Positions 1 to 12,582 of a DNA stretch of 64,000 nucleotides are shown here, piece after piece; positions within the stretch are counted from its first letter, which is position 1, and every line of letters begins with the position of its first letter. The stretch comes from Epiperipatus broadwayi. Taxonomy: Eukaryota; Animalia; Onychophora. The notes beneath the pieces were generated by a model. That model was not told where the DNA came from and did no database searches. It saw only the letters and a program-made list of their open reading frames with translations. Position numbers and translations under genes: made by a program. The stretch spans positions 11,966,001-12,030,000 of the forward strand of contig JAQFVV010000004.1 of the NCBI GenBank assembly GCA_028023455.1, written 5' to 3'.

Positions 1-354
1 GGAGAAAGATTGATTTAATAACTAAATCTTTATTATTTGAAACTACCACTATTTAAAACTCTTGAGAAATATTCATTGAATTAAAATTGACTCCAATTTA
101 AACTTTGATTTTAATAATTTATACTAAAAACAAAATAAGTATAATAAAATATAAATAAAAGACAAAAAGTTAAAATTAAAATTGAAATATGATAAAATAA
201 GTATACAAAGGGCATTAATTAAATTAAAAATTAATTAATATAGATAAGCTTTACTGACTTGTGATAACTAAAGTCTTTTATGTTTATGAAATTGTTATTT
301 TTCACAATAAGTAAAATTCACATGATCACCATCTCTTATGCTAGCACATAACTG

Positions 355-487
355 TTATTAAACAGGCAAAGCTCTCCATACAGTAGTGCCACCCTGTTCC
401 AAACAAAGCAAGCCTTCTGGCATCCATTGATTACTCTGGTTGGCACAGGGTGGCACTACTGTATGGAGAGTTTTGCCTGTTTAATAA
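355..487. mobile_element. Short fold-back fragment of HHR family A (3' part only, no ribozyme core)
   Basis: Arms ttattaaacaggcaaagctctccatacagtagtgccaccctgt / acagggtggcactactgtatggagagttttgcctgtttaataa. The interior caagccttctggcatccattgattac recurs at ~28007-28032. Confidence 0.75.
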
Positions 488-1483
488 GTAAAATTGTTAT
501 CTTAAGTCATAGAAATTTTTTTCTTAAATATGAAGCAAAGATTAAATATGAACATGTATGTTTACCTTTGAATAGATGTAGAAGAGTTCTTTATCATTCA
601 CTAGTGAAAGATATTGTTGATGCTTTTCCAAATATTTCATCATAATGGGATATTAACATTCATGGTAGAGTTTGCATCAAACATAGTTAATTTACACTAT
701 TGAGAAGTATGTCTGCTGTAGCTGTAATGTTATGCATGTATTGTTGGTTGACACAATGTTGGATTAGTTCAGCACAAACATTTAGACATTCTGGTTATGG
801 ATATCTATACTGAGGAAATTCTTTTGTGACTTTAGCCATTCATGGTAATTATCTCAATGACTAGATGTGTGTGCTTATGATAAGGATCTTGATAAATGGC
901 TTGAAAAGAGACAATATGCAAAGACTAAAGATCAAAATTTATTTCCAGAGTTGATTATTTATACTCCTTCCTCTTTTTGCCAAACATATTTTTTTAATAT
1001 AATTAAAACAAGCCAGTAATTATTTTTAATTACCCACATTTATGAAACTCCTTACATTAAAAAAAAAAAACAAGTTTACTTGAATAACAACTAGTTGTTA
1101 CCTTAATCTCTAAAGATATGTTCAATTGAAATACTACTGTGATAAACTATTTTATATCAAAATTTTATTAATTAATTCAACATTACTTTAAATAATTTTC
1201 TTTCTATAGTTTAATTAAACAAGTTTAATTAGCTGAAATACATTAGATTTAGTGTTTTTTAAGCTAAGTCAGAATAAATAAATAAACCAAACTCCACTTT
1301 TTATTTTGAATGCACATATCTTTACCTATGTATATGTGTGCCTATAATAAATAGAAATCTAACTTTAGTGCTAATATCTGAATTTAATTTATAAAATATG
1401 ACTCCAACTCATATTGCAAACAACTTTTATTTTCTTAATTATACATTGAGATAGGTAATCTATCTCAATATGATTAATATATA

Positions 1484-2931
1484 CAGTGGAGCCATAAACT
1501 ACACACAATATCTGACTTCAATTTTAAGCTATCCCATATAAATGCAAATAAACAAAAAAAAATGAAAACAAATATGAATTTTGTTACAGTGGGCAGCCAT
1601 TTTTCCCCTCACTAAATATCACATTTTCAAATGTGAATTTACATGGTCAAATTTTCTTCTTAATTTAAAATTATTAAAAGTAAGTATACCAATTTTTTTT
1701 CTTCAAAATTTTTTATTTTGTATAGTATATCTTAAATAAAAGATTATAATATTTTTGAATCATGAGTGATAATTCAAAAAACATATCATAAAGTACCTTC
1801 ATTAAAGGTAGATTTACCTACATAATTAAGAAAATAGGTTCAGAGATAAGAGAGTCCCTCTTATCTTTATAAAGTCGAATCTTGCATTATGATTTGTAGA
1901 GGTCTCTCTTGTTAAAATTAAGCACTCAAGGTGCATGTACTAAGGTTTTAGCCTTATATAAGTATAAAGAAGAAAATAAAAATTATTTGATTTAGTAGTA
2001 GTTTTACTCAAAAGTGGGCTGTATGTATTAAAAAATGAATATTCTATTAGAGAGAGAAATAGATTAATGCTACTGGTTACTTGTAAAACAAAGTAAGGAA
2101 CAACCTTTTGGTCAAAATTTGATAAAACCATAAATTTATGACAGAATGACCTGAATCATAAAAACATTCTGGAAACAATCCTGTATTGCACCAGAAAGCA
2201 TTATGTGTTTATCTAAATTTAGCAATAATTTGGATCACGTAATGACAATCAATTCACTGCAAGAAAAAGAATAGCAGTATTAACTCTAATCAATACAATT
2301 ATAATTATAATATATGGAAAATGATCCCATGATGAATATTAGCATTATTCTTAAATGGAAAATCACTGAAATATTAAAATCATTAGAAGATGAGTATGAT
2401 AACTTAAGTAGGAAAAGAAAACAACTTTCCATCACAATGTTTTTTTAAAAAATATCAAAGCAAAATGATTATCCATCAACTTCTCATTCTACAGTCACGT
2501 GTGCTCCAGAAATTTCAAGATCTTTTGATCAACAGATTCAGAAGATTAATAATCCAATACTTCCATTGTTCATTTTAGAAAAAAATAATAATAAAGTAAA
2601 TTTAATTATATTATTATTTTTTAATGAATTTATTGAAAACATACACACAGTTATGTAAATATACTTTCTCAATATCTTATTAATAACTAAGTTACTATAT
2701 TATTTTTTAAAATCTTGTTTGTAATTTTAATTTCTATATACACACTAAGCACACAAAGTATCAGTTTAATATGCATAAGCAAATTACTGTATTGTGCACT
2801 TACAGTGTAGTAAATAATATGCATTCTATTCTAATAATTGTTTGTCAACAAAAGGCTAGCTATTATACACTATTTTTTTTGTATGCGGGAAGAGCGTGTG
2901 TCAAAATATAGTGTAGTTACCAGCCCCACTG
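1484..2931 (+). mobile_element. Degenerate Tigger/pogo-like DNA transposon relic
   Basis: TA|cagtggagcc..aactacac at left and its imperfect inverse gtgtagttaccagccccactg|TA at right. Broken + frame reads ..IIKTFWKQSCI.. and ..KRKQLSITMFF(fs)KISKQNDYPSTS, resembling Tigger C-termini. Confidence 0.4.
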
Positions 2932-3444
2932 TAATTAAATCTATTTTCTGTCAAAGACCAATAAGTATCCATGTATCATTTGCTACTATATTGAATTACA
3001 TTGTATTTATACCAAATACAAATATAATGAAATTAAATTATATTTAATATAAAAGTACATTTTATTACTTATATCAAAATGCATTCATTGACTAAGATAA
3101 ACAAACATAATTTTGTGAGATCTTAACATACAAAATCAATAATTCTAGAAGTGATTTAAAACGATGCCTAATTAAGAATAATAAATTTAATTAAGCTAAG
3201 ATTAAGAATAGCCAATTAATAAAAGAAAAAAATGGCTAAAACAAAACTAGTATAATAAAATACAAATTGCATTGCTTTCAGAAATAGAGAACAAATTTGC
3301 TCATCATTTTATTTCTTTGTAATTCAAACCTAACTCGAAAACTTTGCGTGCGAAAATATATTTGTAAAATAATATAATATAGGCGCTATTGCATCTGACC
3401 GCAAAGCTACTTTTTACTTAAAAACAAAATAAAATTATATTACT

Positions 3445-3690
3445 CTGCAAGCGCTTTCAAGAGATGTGCTCCCATCTTCATAGCTCTAAGTGAAGTAATT
3501 ATATGCAAATTATGCAAAGTTCAAAGGTTAATTGCTCCATTTCTTTGAGATCGCGAAGCATGTGTCCTTGCGGATGATGGCGTTGCAATCCATCGCAATG
3601 AAGCAGGCCTCCTTAACTTTTCTTTTTACATCGTGCCTTTCTTTGCAGACCAGGTTGACATCTTGAGGTTCACACTTGATATTATACATC
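3445..3690 (-). mobile_element. Penelope-like element 3' remnant (GIY-YIG C-terminus plus HHR-like motif)
   Basis: Minus frame reads MYNIKCEPQDVNLVCKERHDVKRKVKEACFIAMDCNAIIRKDTCFAISKKWSN*, like the PLE endonuclease tail. It is followed by gct-ATGAAGA-T-GGGAG cacat CTCTT-GAAAGCGCTT at ~3445-3487. Confidence 0.7.
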
Positions 3691-4719
3691 ACTTATATTA
3701 ATAATAAAGTTAGATGATAATTCACACTACCTAATATTTATTCTTTCTTTTATATTATGCATATAAATATATGTGTGTGTATGTAAACATGTACTTAGGA
3801 TTCATCCAGATTTACATTTTTTACTGTTGTTATTAGCATTTATACTGAAATTTTGACTGGATATCAACAATCATAATCCAAGTAAAGAAATCAGTGAGAG
3901 AGGTTACTCACAGCATTTTGAAGATTTGATATTACTTTAATTTGTTTTGTATTATTTACAATGCTAGTGTTTGTTTAATACATATGTATATATGAGAGAA
4001 ATAGCTTTTAATTAATAAATACACCAGTTGAATCAAATAAAAAAAAGTTTGTTATTACGTTTAAATAAAATGTTAACCTTGAATTTAATAATAATAAAAA
4101 AAACTAATAATTTTTTTTATCTAAATCACCTCTCTATTTTTGCATTTCTTTTAATAAAGTCATATTTACGTAGAGTTTTAGAAATATATTTTTTAACAAA
4201 AATATCCCCCGAATCTATCAACTATATGAATACCATAAAATAATAAATTTAAATTAACGTTTTAAGTAATATTTCATTTTCAAAAAATTCTTTAGAGGTT
4301 TTAAAAAAGATAGTGGGATAAAATATAAGAATTAAAAGATTTAATTCAATGTCAATAAATTTCAAAGAATTATTGTTCAGTCATGTGAAAATCTTTGCTT
4401 GAAATATTAGTATTGGTTCAAATAAACGGTATAACCTTATTACTAAAATTATAGATGTGCTTTGACAAGAAAAAATTAAAAAAGATGTTTTAAATGATAA
4501 ATATACCTTAATTTGAAAAAAAAAAAATCATTTCATGGAAATTATAAATTCACTCAATAAAAATTATTATATAAAGTTTCAGAATAATCTTCGAATATTG
4601 GTCATTCATGGCTTTGAAGATCTTTGGTAGGAATGATCTGGAGTTTTTTCACTAATATAAATATAATATATTCTTAACTATGTGAAACTTTAACGATATT
4701 ATAATATGAACTTACATCC

Positions 4720-5130
4720 TTGAGGACAGTTTTAGCTTCAACATCAACAACTTATTACTTATAAATTGTTATTTAATAACTCAAGATATACTTTCTCTTC
4801 ACACCCAACCTTCACCCATTTGGATATTAGACTAAAAATCCATAATCAAATAATTATACTGTAAATAAATAGAATTCTTATGATGTTTCAAAAACAAATT
4901 TCTCAGATCCAACTAGTAAAGCCAGCAGTATTATATATTCCTAGACATAACTGAAGCCTCATCAACCAATTTAGAATAAACCATGGTAATTGATCTATGT
5001 AAATGTGGACAAAAGCAAACTATAAATCACATAGGTAACGACTGCTGAAATAATAGCTACAGTGGAAGAATTAAGGAACTTTATAAAGCTATTATCAATT
5101 CTATCTCCTGGTTGAAATCTCTAATGGTTC
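4720..5130 (+). mobile_element. Degenerate 3' end of an Ingi/Vingi- or RTE-X-like LINE
   Basis: Broken frames read DPTSK..LINQFRINHG..DLCKCGQKQTINHIGNDC..ISWLKSL, matching the 'DPT..LNRFRTGHG..CxCG..QT.xHI..C..WL' C-terminal knuckle pattern. Boundaries approximate. Confidence 0.5.
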
Positions 5131-5487
5131 TCTTATGATATTTTATTAATAGTTAAACTGGCAAAAAAATTATATACTAAATAAATCATTGTTATTTACA
5201 AAACTATTTTTCAATACCAAGTTAGTTCTTAAAATTTAATTAATTAATTTTAATAATAATGTACAGTTAGTTTTTTGCTTATTAAATCTTTAAGTGCTTA
5301 TCATGCAAAAAAAAATGCTAACCTGGTAGAAGTTATGTTTCCAAGGTCAATCCAGTTCACAATTTTATTATTAAGATTTTAGATTTAAATGTTATTATTA
5401 AACGTGATTTCAGAATTACATATAAATCAGAAAAAAATTACAATTACAGATGAATAGAAAAAATATTACATTGTGGGTAGATAATAT

Positions 5488-6509
5488 ATGCAATTTATCC
5501 ACTCTACTTTGAACACTTTTTAGAAAAAAAAACCTTTTATTGTACATATAATGTGTGCACAATCTTATGTTTCGACTGTCCTGCAGTCTTCTTCAGAGCT
5601 ATAATATAATGAACAAAATAAAATACATAACTATATAAGTAATGCCATAAAAATGTAAACAGTAAAATTAATAAAATAATAAAAAAAGACATAAAATATA
5701 ACAAAACATAATAAAAGTGAAATAAATATAATCAAACCCAAATAAAATAATCCAATTAATATAAAATAAAATATACAATGTAAATATAAAATGCATATAA
5801 ATTATACATGTATATTCCTGACTTATATACATACATATTCATGAACAACTATTAATTTAAGTATATTATTCATTTTTATTATTTTTAATAATCTCCTAAT
5901 TACTTCTATTCCTTATAAACTTAAATTTTAGTTTTATTAGCTGCACCTTAATAAAATACTTAATAATTTTATTTTCATATAATTATCAGTTCAACCTTAA
6001 CTCATTTATTAATATTCTTTTAGATTTTCATATCATATAATATCTATTTTTTTTTTATTCATTCTTCTGTTAAAACTAAAGTTTAAGTTTATAAGAAATA
6101 GACGTAATTAGATTATTAAAAATAATAAAAAATGAATAATATACTTAAATTAATAGTTGTTCATGAATATGTATAGATACAGTCAGGAATATACATGTAT
6201 AATTTATATGTATTTTATATTTATATTGTATATTTCATTTTATATTAACTGGGTTATTTTATTTTGGTTTGTTTATATTTATTTAAGTTTTATTATGTTT
6301 TGTTATATTTTATATTTTTTTTTTATTATTTTAATTAATGTTACTGTTTACATTTTTATGATATTATTTATATAGTTATGTATTTTATTTTGTTCATTAT
6401 ATCATAGCTCCGAAGAAGACTGCAGGACAGCCAAAACATGATTGTATATACATATATGTACAATAAAAGATGTTTTGTTTAAAAAGTATTCTGAGTGGAT
6501 AAATTGCAT
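5488..6509. mobile_element. ~1 kb fold-back element (arms ~5488-5936 and ~6071-6509) with an outward-pointing HHR core
   Basis: The arms are reverse complements. Minus strand 5569-5596 reads CTGAAGA-A-GACTG cagga CAGTC-GAAAC; the right arm has the decayed copy ccgaagaagactgcaggacagccaaaac. Confidence 0.8.
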
Positions 6510-8386
6510 TTATAAAAGATATTATAACAAAATAAAGTGGTGAATTTGATAATATTTCTAGATAATTTATGAAACTCAATCATGATATGGCAGTATTATT
6601 ATTCTAGTGATAAAATAAAATGTGACTACATAGAAATCATCTTTTTTTATTTGATAAATAGATTGGTATTGATACAAGAAAGTGGGCATTTTTGTCAGGT
6701 TATTTTAAGTGATTCTTTGCCCATATTTTAATTTTTGGTTGCAAAATATTGTGAAAGTCCAACACAAAATTGGAAACTTACTTAAAACATTGTGATGATG
6801 TGTCTAAAATTAAACATATGTATGCTCTCAAATACAATGTTAAATATCCCAATAGTCTTATATTGCCCTATTTTTTTTTACTTTTCTAATACAAAATGAT
6901 AAAAAAAATATTAGCGACAATTTATTACTTACATATGTACACAACTATATTATTGATCCCAAACTTAGAATCTTCTCAATGATTTTAAAAGACTCTCTGA
7001 CAGGCAACTTTATAATTAGGATTATTATGATTTTTTTTATATTGTTGAATATTAAAAACATTATGTAGGACTTTTTTTTCTAAATATCACCTTCCAATAA
7101 TGTTTGTGTATTTAATGAGTAGCTCAAGACACATTTTCCTTTTTCCAATGTGTCTCAGAGATGCCCAAAGATTGAACACCCCTGATTTAGAAATACTAAA
7201 TTGTACTTAAACTTTCTTCTACATAGCTAGTAAATAAAAAATAATGCTTTTATTCACATATATGATCTAAGAAGTAAAAAAAGGCAATATAAAAAAATAT
7301 TACAATAATGTAGAACTAATTTAAATTGGTGTAGTTTTAAATATTGTACTATTAAAACGGTGTAAAATACCAGTAAACTACCACTGACCACGATTAAATG
7401 TGTTATCGCTAAATTGTAGTACTCTATTGAGAAGTTATATCAATATGATTCCGACAAAAAGCATACATATAACAAGTAAATTAGTAAAAGTTTTTTTTTT
7501 TTTTGTAAACACCAATATATAGATATTAATGAAAATCATAAAACAATTATTAAAAGAGAAAATGCAAATTAGACAAAATTAAAAAATAAACTTTAACATT
7601 TTAATCTTATTAATTTTAAAATAAATTTTTTATTATTAATTTGTTTTTGCATTCAAAGAAAAAGATATTAAAAATAAACAAAGTTATTGTGTAAATATTT
7701 AAAATGCTTTGTGTTATTTTAAACTTATTCTTTTCATTAAAACCTTTTCACTGCAATAAATAAAACATGCAATAAACAAAAAACATTTTACAATTTAAAT
7801 TTAAAAAAAAAATCCTTTATTCAGAAGAATATGTTTAATGGAACAGAATACATATTTTATTAGTATCACTATAATTTATAATACTTTACACTTTGTATGA
7901 CTCAAATATGATGCAAGCATTCTATCTTTCACAACGTTTAATTAATTTATTCTAATATTTTTATGTTTTGTGAACTAATTATGTTTGTCTCTCAATACAT
8001 TTGAACTATTCCATTTAGTTATAAAACAGAAGAATAAATATAGTTAAAAAATTAGTTTACTAACAAATTTGCACACATACACACACATATATAGTATTAT
8101 TGGCTCAAACTAATTCTAACATCTTACAGAGTAATCAAAAATTGAATTTCCTGAGAAATGAACAGTGTCTATCTTTATTTATTGCTAACGAAGAAAAACT
8201 AACACGTATAGTGTATGCATATAGAAGTAAACAAGCCTTAATAATTACAGGAGAGCAAAGCTTTTCCAAATTCTGGTCAAAACAATAGTACAAGAGGAGG
8301 AAAATACTCATTAGAATATGCATGGATCAAAATTTTAAAAGTTTTTTTTTTTTACATAATTTTATCCTCTAGATTAATACTAAGTT

Positions 8387-8734
8387 TTTTTTTTTTTTTC
8401 AAAATCAAAAAGAATACAATGACAAATCAATCTTTGGACTTGAGTTTTCTGCTAATGAGATTTCTACCAGATGGCCTGATGCCAGTAACTGAAGATCTTG
8501 GGTTGCAAATTCTTACTAGACAAGGTCTATGCTAGCCCAGGATTCAATGTGTAGCCAGTCTGGTGCAAGAAGCCGGTCTTTATCATGAATACTTCTTAAT
8601 AGTTTTATGAAGGTGTCACTGACATTGTTATTTGTCTGTCCAAAGATGTACTTGCAACTGTTGAGCCAGACTGCAAAAGTGAGGAAAATGGATGTTCTGA
8701 TGGTTGAAAATATGCCAGTCTTGATGGCGTTTTG
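8387..8734 (-). mobile_element. 5'-truncated non-LTR retrotransposon 3' end (L1/Tx1-like) with poly(A) and 16-bp TSD
   Basis: TSD agattaatactaagtt at 8371-8386 and 8735-8750, with a T-run at the left end. Open minus frame reads QNAIKTGIFSTIRTSIFLTFAVWLNSCKYIFGQ..WASIDLV*. Clade assignment is tentative. Confidence 0.75.
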
Positions 8735-10068
8735 AGATTAATACTAAGTTACCAACAAATAATTAGAAAATTACAAATAAATTATCCATATTATCTGAAA
8801 GAAAAATTCTACTATTAATTAAGAACCTTAGAGATTTGGGGGAAAAATCCCAAATTTCACCTGGATTTAAATCTGAAATTTAAATAACCCTATACATAGA
8901 AAAAATCAAACAGATGGCACTGTAAAATGTGATTGCCAATATATAGTCAATATCATGTAAATGTGTTAATGCACTTATTGCAAATTAAAACAAAAATCCA
9001 TAGGGGAAAAAAATTGTGTAATTTAATATCAAAAAGATTAATTAATAATGACTATAGTTATTGTATCACTTGTGGCATGAATCTTGCTACACATTTATAT
9101 GTAAATTACATGAGCATATAGATAAAATAAAAATGGTAGCATGTTTGTTGATATTATATGCTAATATTATTAGGTTTCTGCATACCTGGTATATATTTAA
9201 AAGATATAATTTGAATAAAAATATGAATTTGTAATAAACAAATATGTTTAATTCAAATATGTATTTAAATAATTCATATCTGATTTTTACAAATTTTATT
9301 ATACTCTTGAAAAAAGAAAGAGGTTTTGGTTTCACATTAAATAATTGTATATGACTAAAACTTTCTACAAGTGAAAATAAAATTACATTTTTCTCACATA
9401 TCTATTTATAAAAAAAAACAATGGTTGTACAATTATTGCTCACTACACTTTTAAACTTTAAATAAATCTTGAATATTAACATTGCTCTGGCAGTAAAATA
9501 AAAGCATTGTGACATACTGAAAATAAAATCATTTACAAAGAGTAACAAACAACATTTTTATTTATAAATAAAAAATGCTAATTTAATATTTACAATTATT
9601 AACTTCAGTTTAATATTTGAACAAGGTCATTAAAAGTGAGATCCTATCTCCATCCTTGTATAATTGATTATTAATTTAATAATTATTTTCACCTTGCTGA
9701 TATATTGAATTCAATCTGTATTGGTGGATCCATTCTATTATTGACCCTTCATCAACTGAGTGTTATTTATTCATAGCTTAAGGAGAGAGTGATTTACTCC
9801 ATTAATAACATATACATTGAGCTACCCTACTTTAATTTTGTAAATAAATAAATAAAAAATTCACATTTTTTTCAGAAAGTAAAATATTCAACTATAATAT
9901 ATCTAAAATGTTTAAAAAATAGTTTGATTATACATTGTTTAATTTTTAAAATCTGGGAATAAAAATTTAGCTATTTAATAATAATTTAATATAAATAATA
10001 CATACAACACATATATTAAAAAAAGCTTGTTTAATATTTCAAAATAAAAATGTTAAATACATCGCATG

Positions 10069-10173
10069 AGTCTTGCATTGGTGGTCGAGAGGTCAGCGCG
10101 ACTGCCTTGCACTTGCAGGCAGTTGCCCGGGTTGCGGGTTCACGTCCCGGCCGATGCTATGACACTTAAAAAA
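10069..10173 (+). mobile_element. Young tRNA-derived mini-SINE / tRNA retrocopy
   Basis: TSD aaatacatcgcatg (10055-10068 and 10174-10187) and an A-tail. Body 10075-10157 has acceptor stem GCATTGG/CCGATGC, A-box-like TGGTCGAGAGG and B-box-like GGTTCACGTCC. Ends match invertebrate tRNA-Gly(GCC); many intact CpGs. Confidence 0.85.
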
Positions 10174-10799
10174 AAATACATCGCATGCTTTCAATTAATT
10201 AGTAGTCATACTCATAGCAATAAAATCAAAACTCCACAATTAATGACAATTATTTTAAAAGAAATCATCTATTACCACATACTCAGAAGATCTCCTGGAA
10301 TAAACTATCTGCTCCAAGTAACATGATAGCTTGTATTAGAAACACACTTGCAAATACTAAAGTTATTTTTACCATTTTTATTTTAAAAATATATCTTTAT
10401 CTTGGAAGCATTCTTTACCATTGTTACAGAACTGAAGTTTACGTAAGAAAAGTGAAAATTTCAGAGAAGATAGTACTTGTATCTAGTAATTTCCTTCATA
10501 TTTTTATCAACAACACCCGAATGACCTTTTGTGGTAGTGGCATAATTTAATTCAGATATTCAAAAAGATTGAATATAAATTGATATTAATCACAGTTTTC
10601 TAGTTTGTATTCAGAATATAATTTTTAATAATATGTAATCTATATTTTAAGATAATTTTTGTATAATATATTATATGCAACAACAAATAATCATAGTATG
10701 CAATTAAAACATTGTAACTGCTATCTCCCAATGAGCTGTGTAAACATCAATCCATTACGAAAATATAGAACGATACCAAACTATCCTTTAGCTTTGTTA

Positions 10800-10950
10800 G
10801 TATTTACTGATGATTGCTGGTTTAGCATAAAATACATATATTGGTGATTATTTATTTTTTCGACATATATGTTTTCAGGTGTATCAGTGATATGAGATAG
10901 AGTGGAGAGTGGTGGGTTGGGTGAAAGTCTGTGCTCATATACCCTATATA
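10800..10950 (+). mobile_element. Family B HHR element, 5'-truncated, core decayed
   Basis: ctgatgattgctggtttagcataaaatacatatattggtg...gtgaaagtctgtgctcatataccctat aligns with the 24.4-25.0 kb unit. GAAA has mutated to AAAA. Confidence 0.85.
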
Positions 10951-12582
10951 GTAAAGAAAAAATTTAAATACAAAATTTATTATCAGATTTATTTACTGAT
11001 CAAAAATTATTTTTATTATTTTTATATTTGATATTTATCAGTGATATTCAATCTCAATTATTTTTTAAAGAAAAAGAACCGACAACGATTTATATACTCT
11101 TTTCTATTCATCAAGAATTGAAAAAATAACCATTTTACTTGTGAATTATTTATTTTTATATTTAATCAGCATTATGCATTTTTTAAACTATAAAATTCAT
11201 CAAAATAATATAACAATTATATATATCAAATATAAGTAGATAACTCAAAATAACTATATAATTTATTAATATTGTAATCCTTTATGACTTACATAAATTT
11301 GTAATTTAAAATGTTTTGGTTTAAATAAATATATATTTAGAACAATTTTTTTTTTAATATCATCAGCAAATAAACATTAGTATTTACTAATTTTAATGAG
11401 ATGGTGATATAATTTTATAGGTTCATATATTATTAACATGACCACTGTCGGCAAACAAGTGAATCTTTTTTCAGTTTTAATATAAAAAAATCACTTTAAA
11501 GCATTATTATCATATTTGAAAATCCAATTTAAAATTCCTATATTACTATGAAGCTCATATTCATTTTCCTATGGAACCAAGCACAAAATAGTACTTCTTT
11601 TTAACAAAGTCAGTTCCTCAAAACACACAGACAAATCAACAAATATAATCATTCATTCAGAAAAGCACAAACACATTGTAACTATGCAATATTTTAAAAT
11701 GAAAAAATGAACTATGCAATATTTTCTCCTGGAAGTTAGATCACATTAAGAAATTAGAAATATGTGATCTTATTCAAGATGGAGCAAAAAATCTCTTGAA
11801 AATTAATATTACCATGAATATTACAATATTTTCCAGAAATATGAAGGTAATTAATATATACAAATAATTATTATACATAATTATTAAAATTAGAAATGTG
11901 TCAGTCTAATCAAAAAGATAAAAAAATAAAAATAATAAAACTTTTGAAAAATGCATCATCAAATAGGTATATTATAATATACAAATAGAAACTGAATTTC
12001 ATAAAGATAATAATTATATATAAATGTTTTTGAACAAATCTTTATTGCTCTTTATTCATTCATTTAAACACAGGTCAAAATATATTTACACAAATGCAAA
12101 TGTCATTCTTCTCCTATTAAGCCCTAATTGAGCTTTGATGAAGAAGAAAATTTTCATAACATATTTACATTTTCAATTTTAAACACAATACAGAACATCT
12201 TAATAATAATAATTCAATTCAATTCAATTCATTTATTTACCGTACAAAACTACAGCATAAAGCCAATTACAGTATTGCACCATAACAAATATATAAATAC
12301 ATAAATGAGTTTAAATGACAAATTATTAATATAATTATGTGCCATATTTCAATAAAAGATAATTAACACATTTAAAAATCTAAAGTAAAATTAAATATCA
12401 GCATATAAACAATTATTATTAAGACATTAATAGTAACAAATAAATAAAAGGGATAAATATAAAGCACATAACAAAATAAAACAAAACAAAACAACAATTT
12501 AATATATATATATAAACAAAATGAAGTTAAACCGATCAAATCTGACATTTAAATTTAATAACATTACAAAACTGATTATAAT

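Noticed and set aside
6157-6579. Short ORFs here and most other 60-120 aa ORFs in the track
   Set aside because: Low-complexity translations of AT-rich or antisense repeat sequence with no domain signal.
10270-10560. Minus-strand YATTKGHSGVVDK as a piggyBac transposase relic
   Set aside because: Similarity is too weak, with no TTAA/TIR support.
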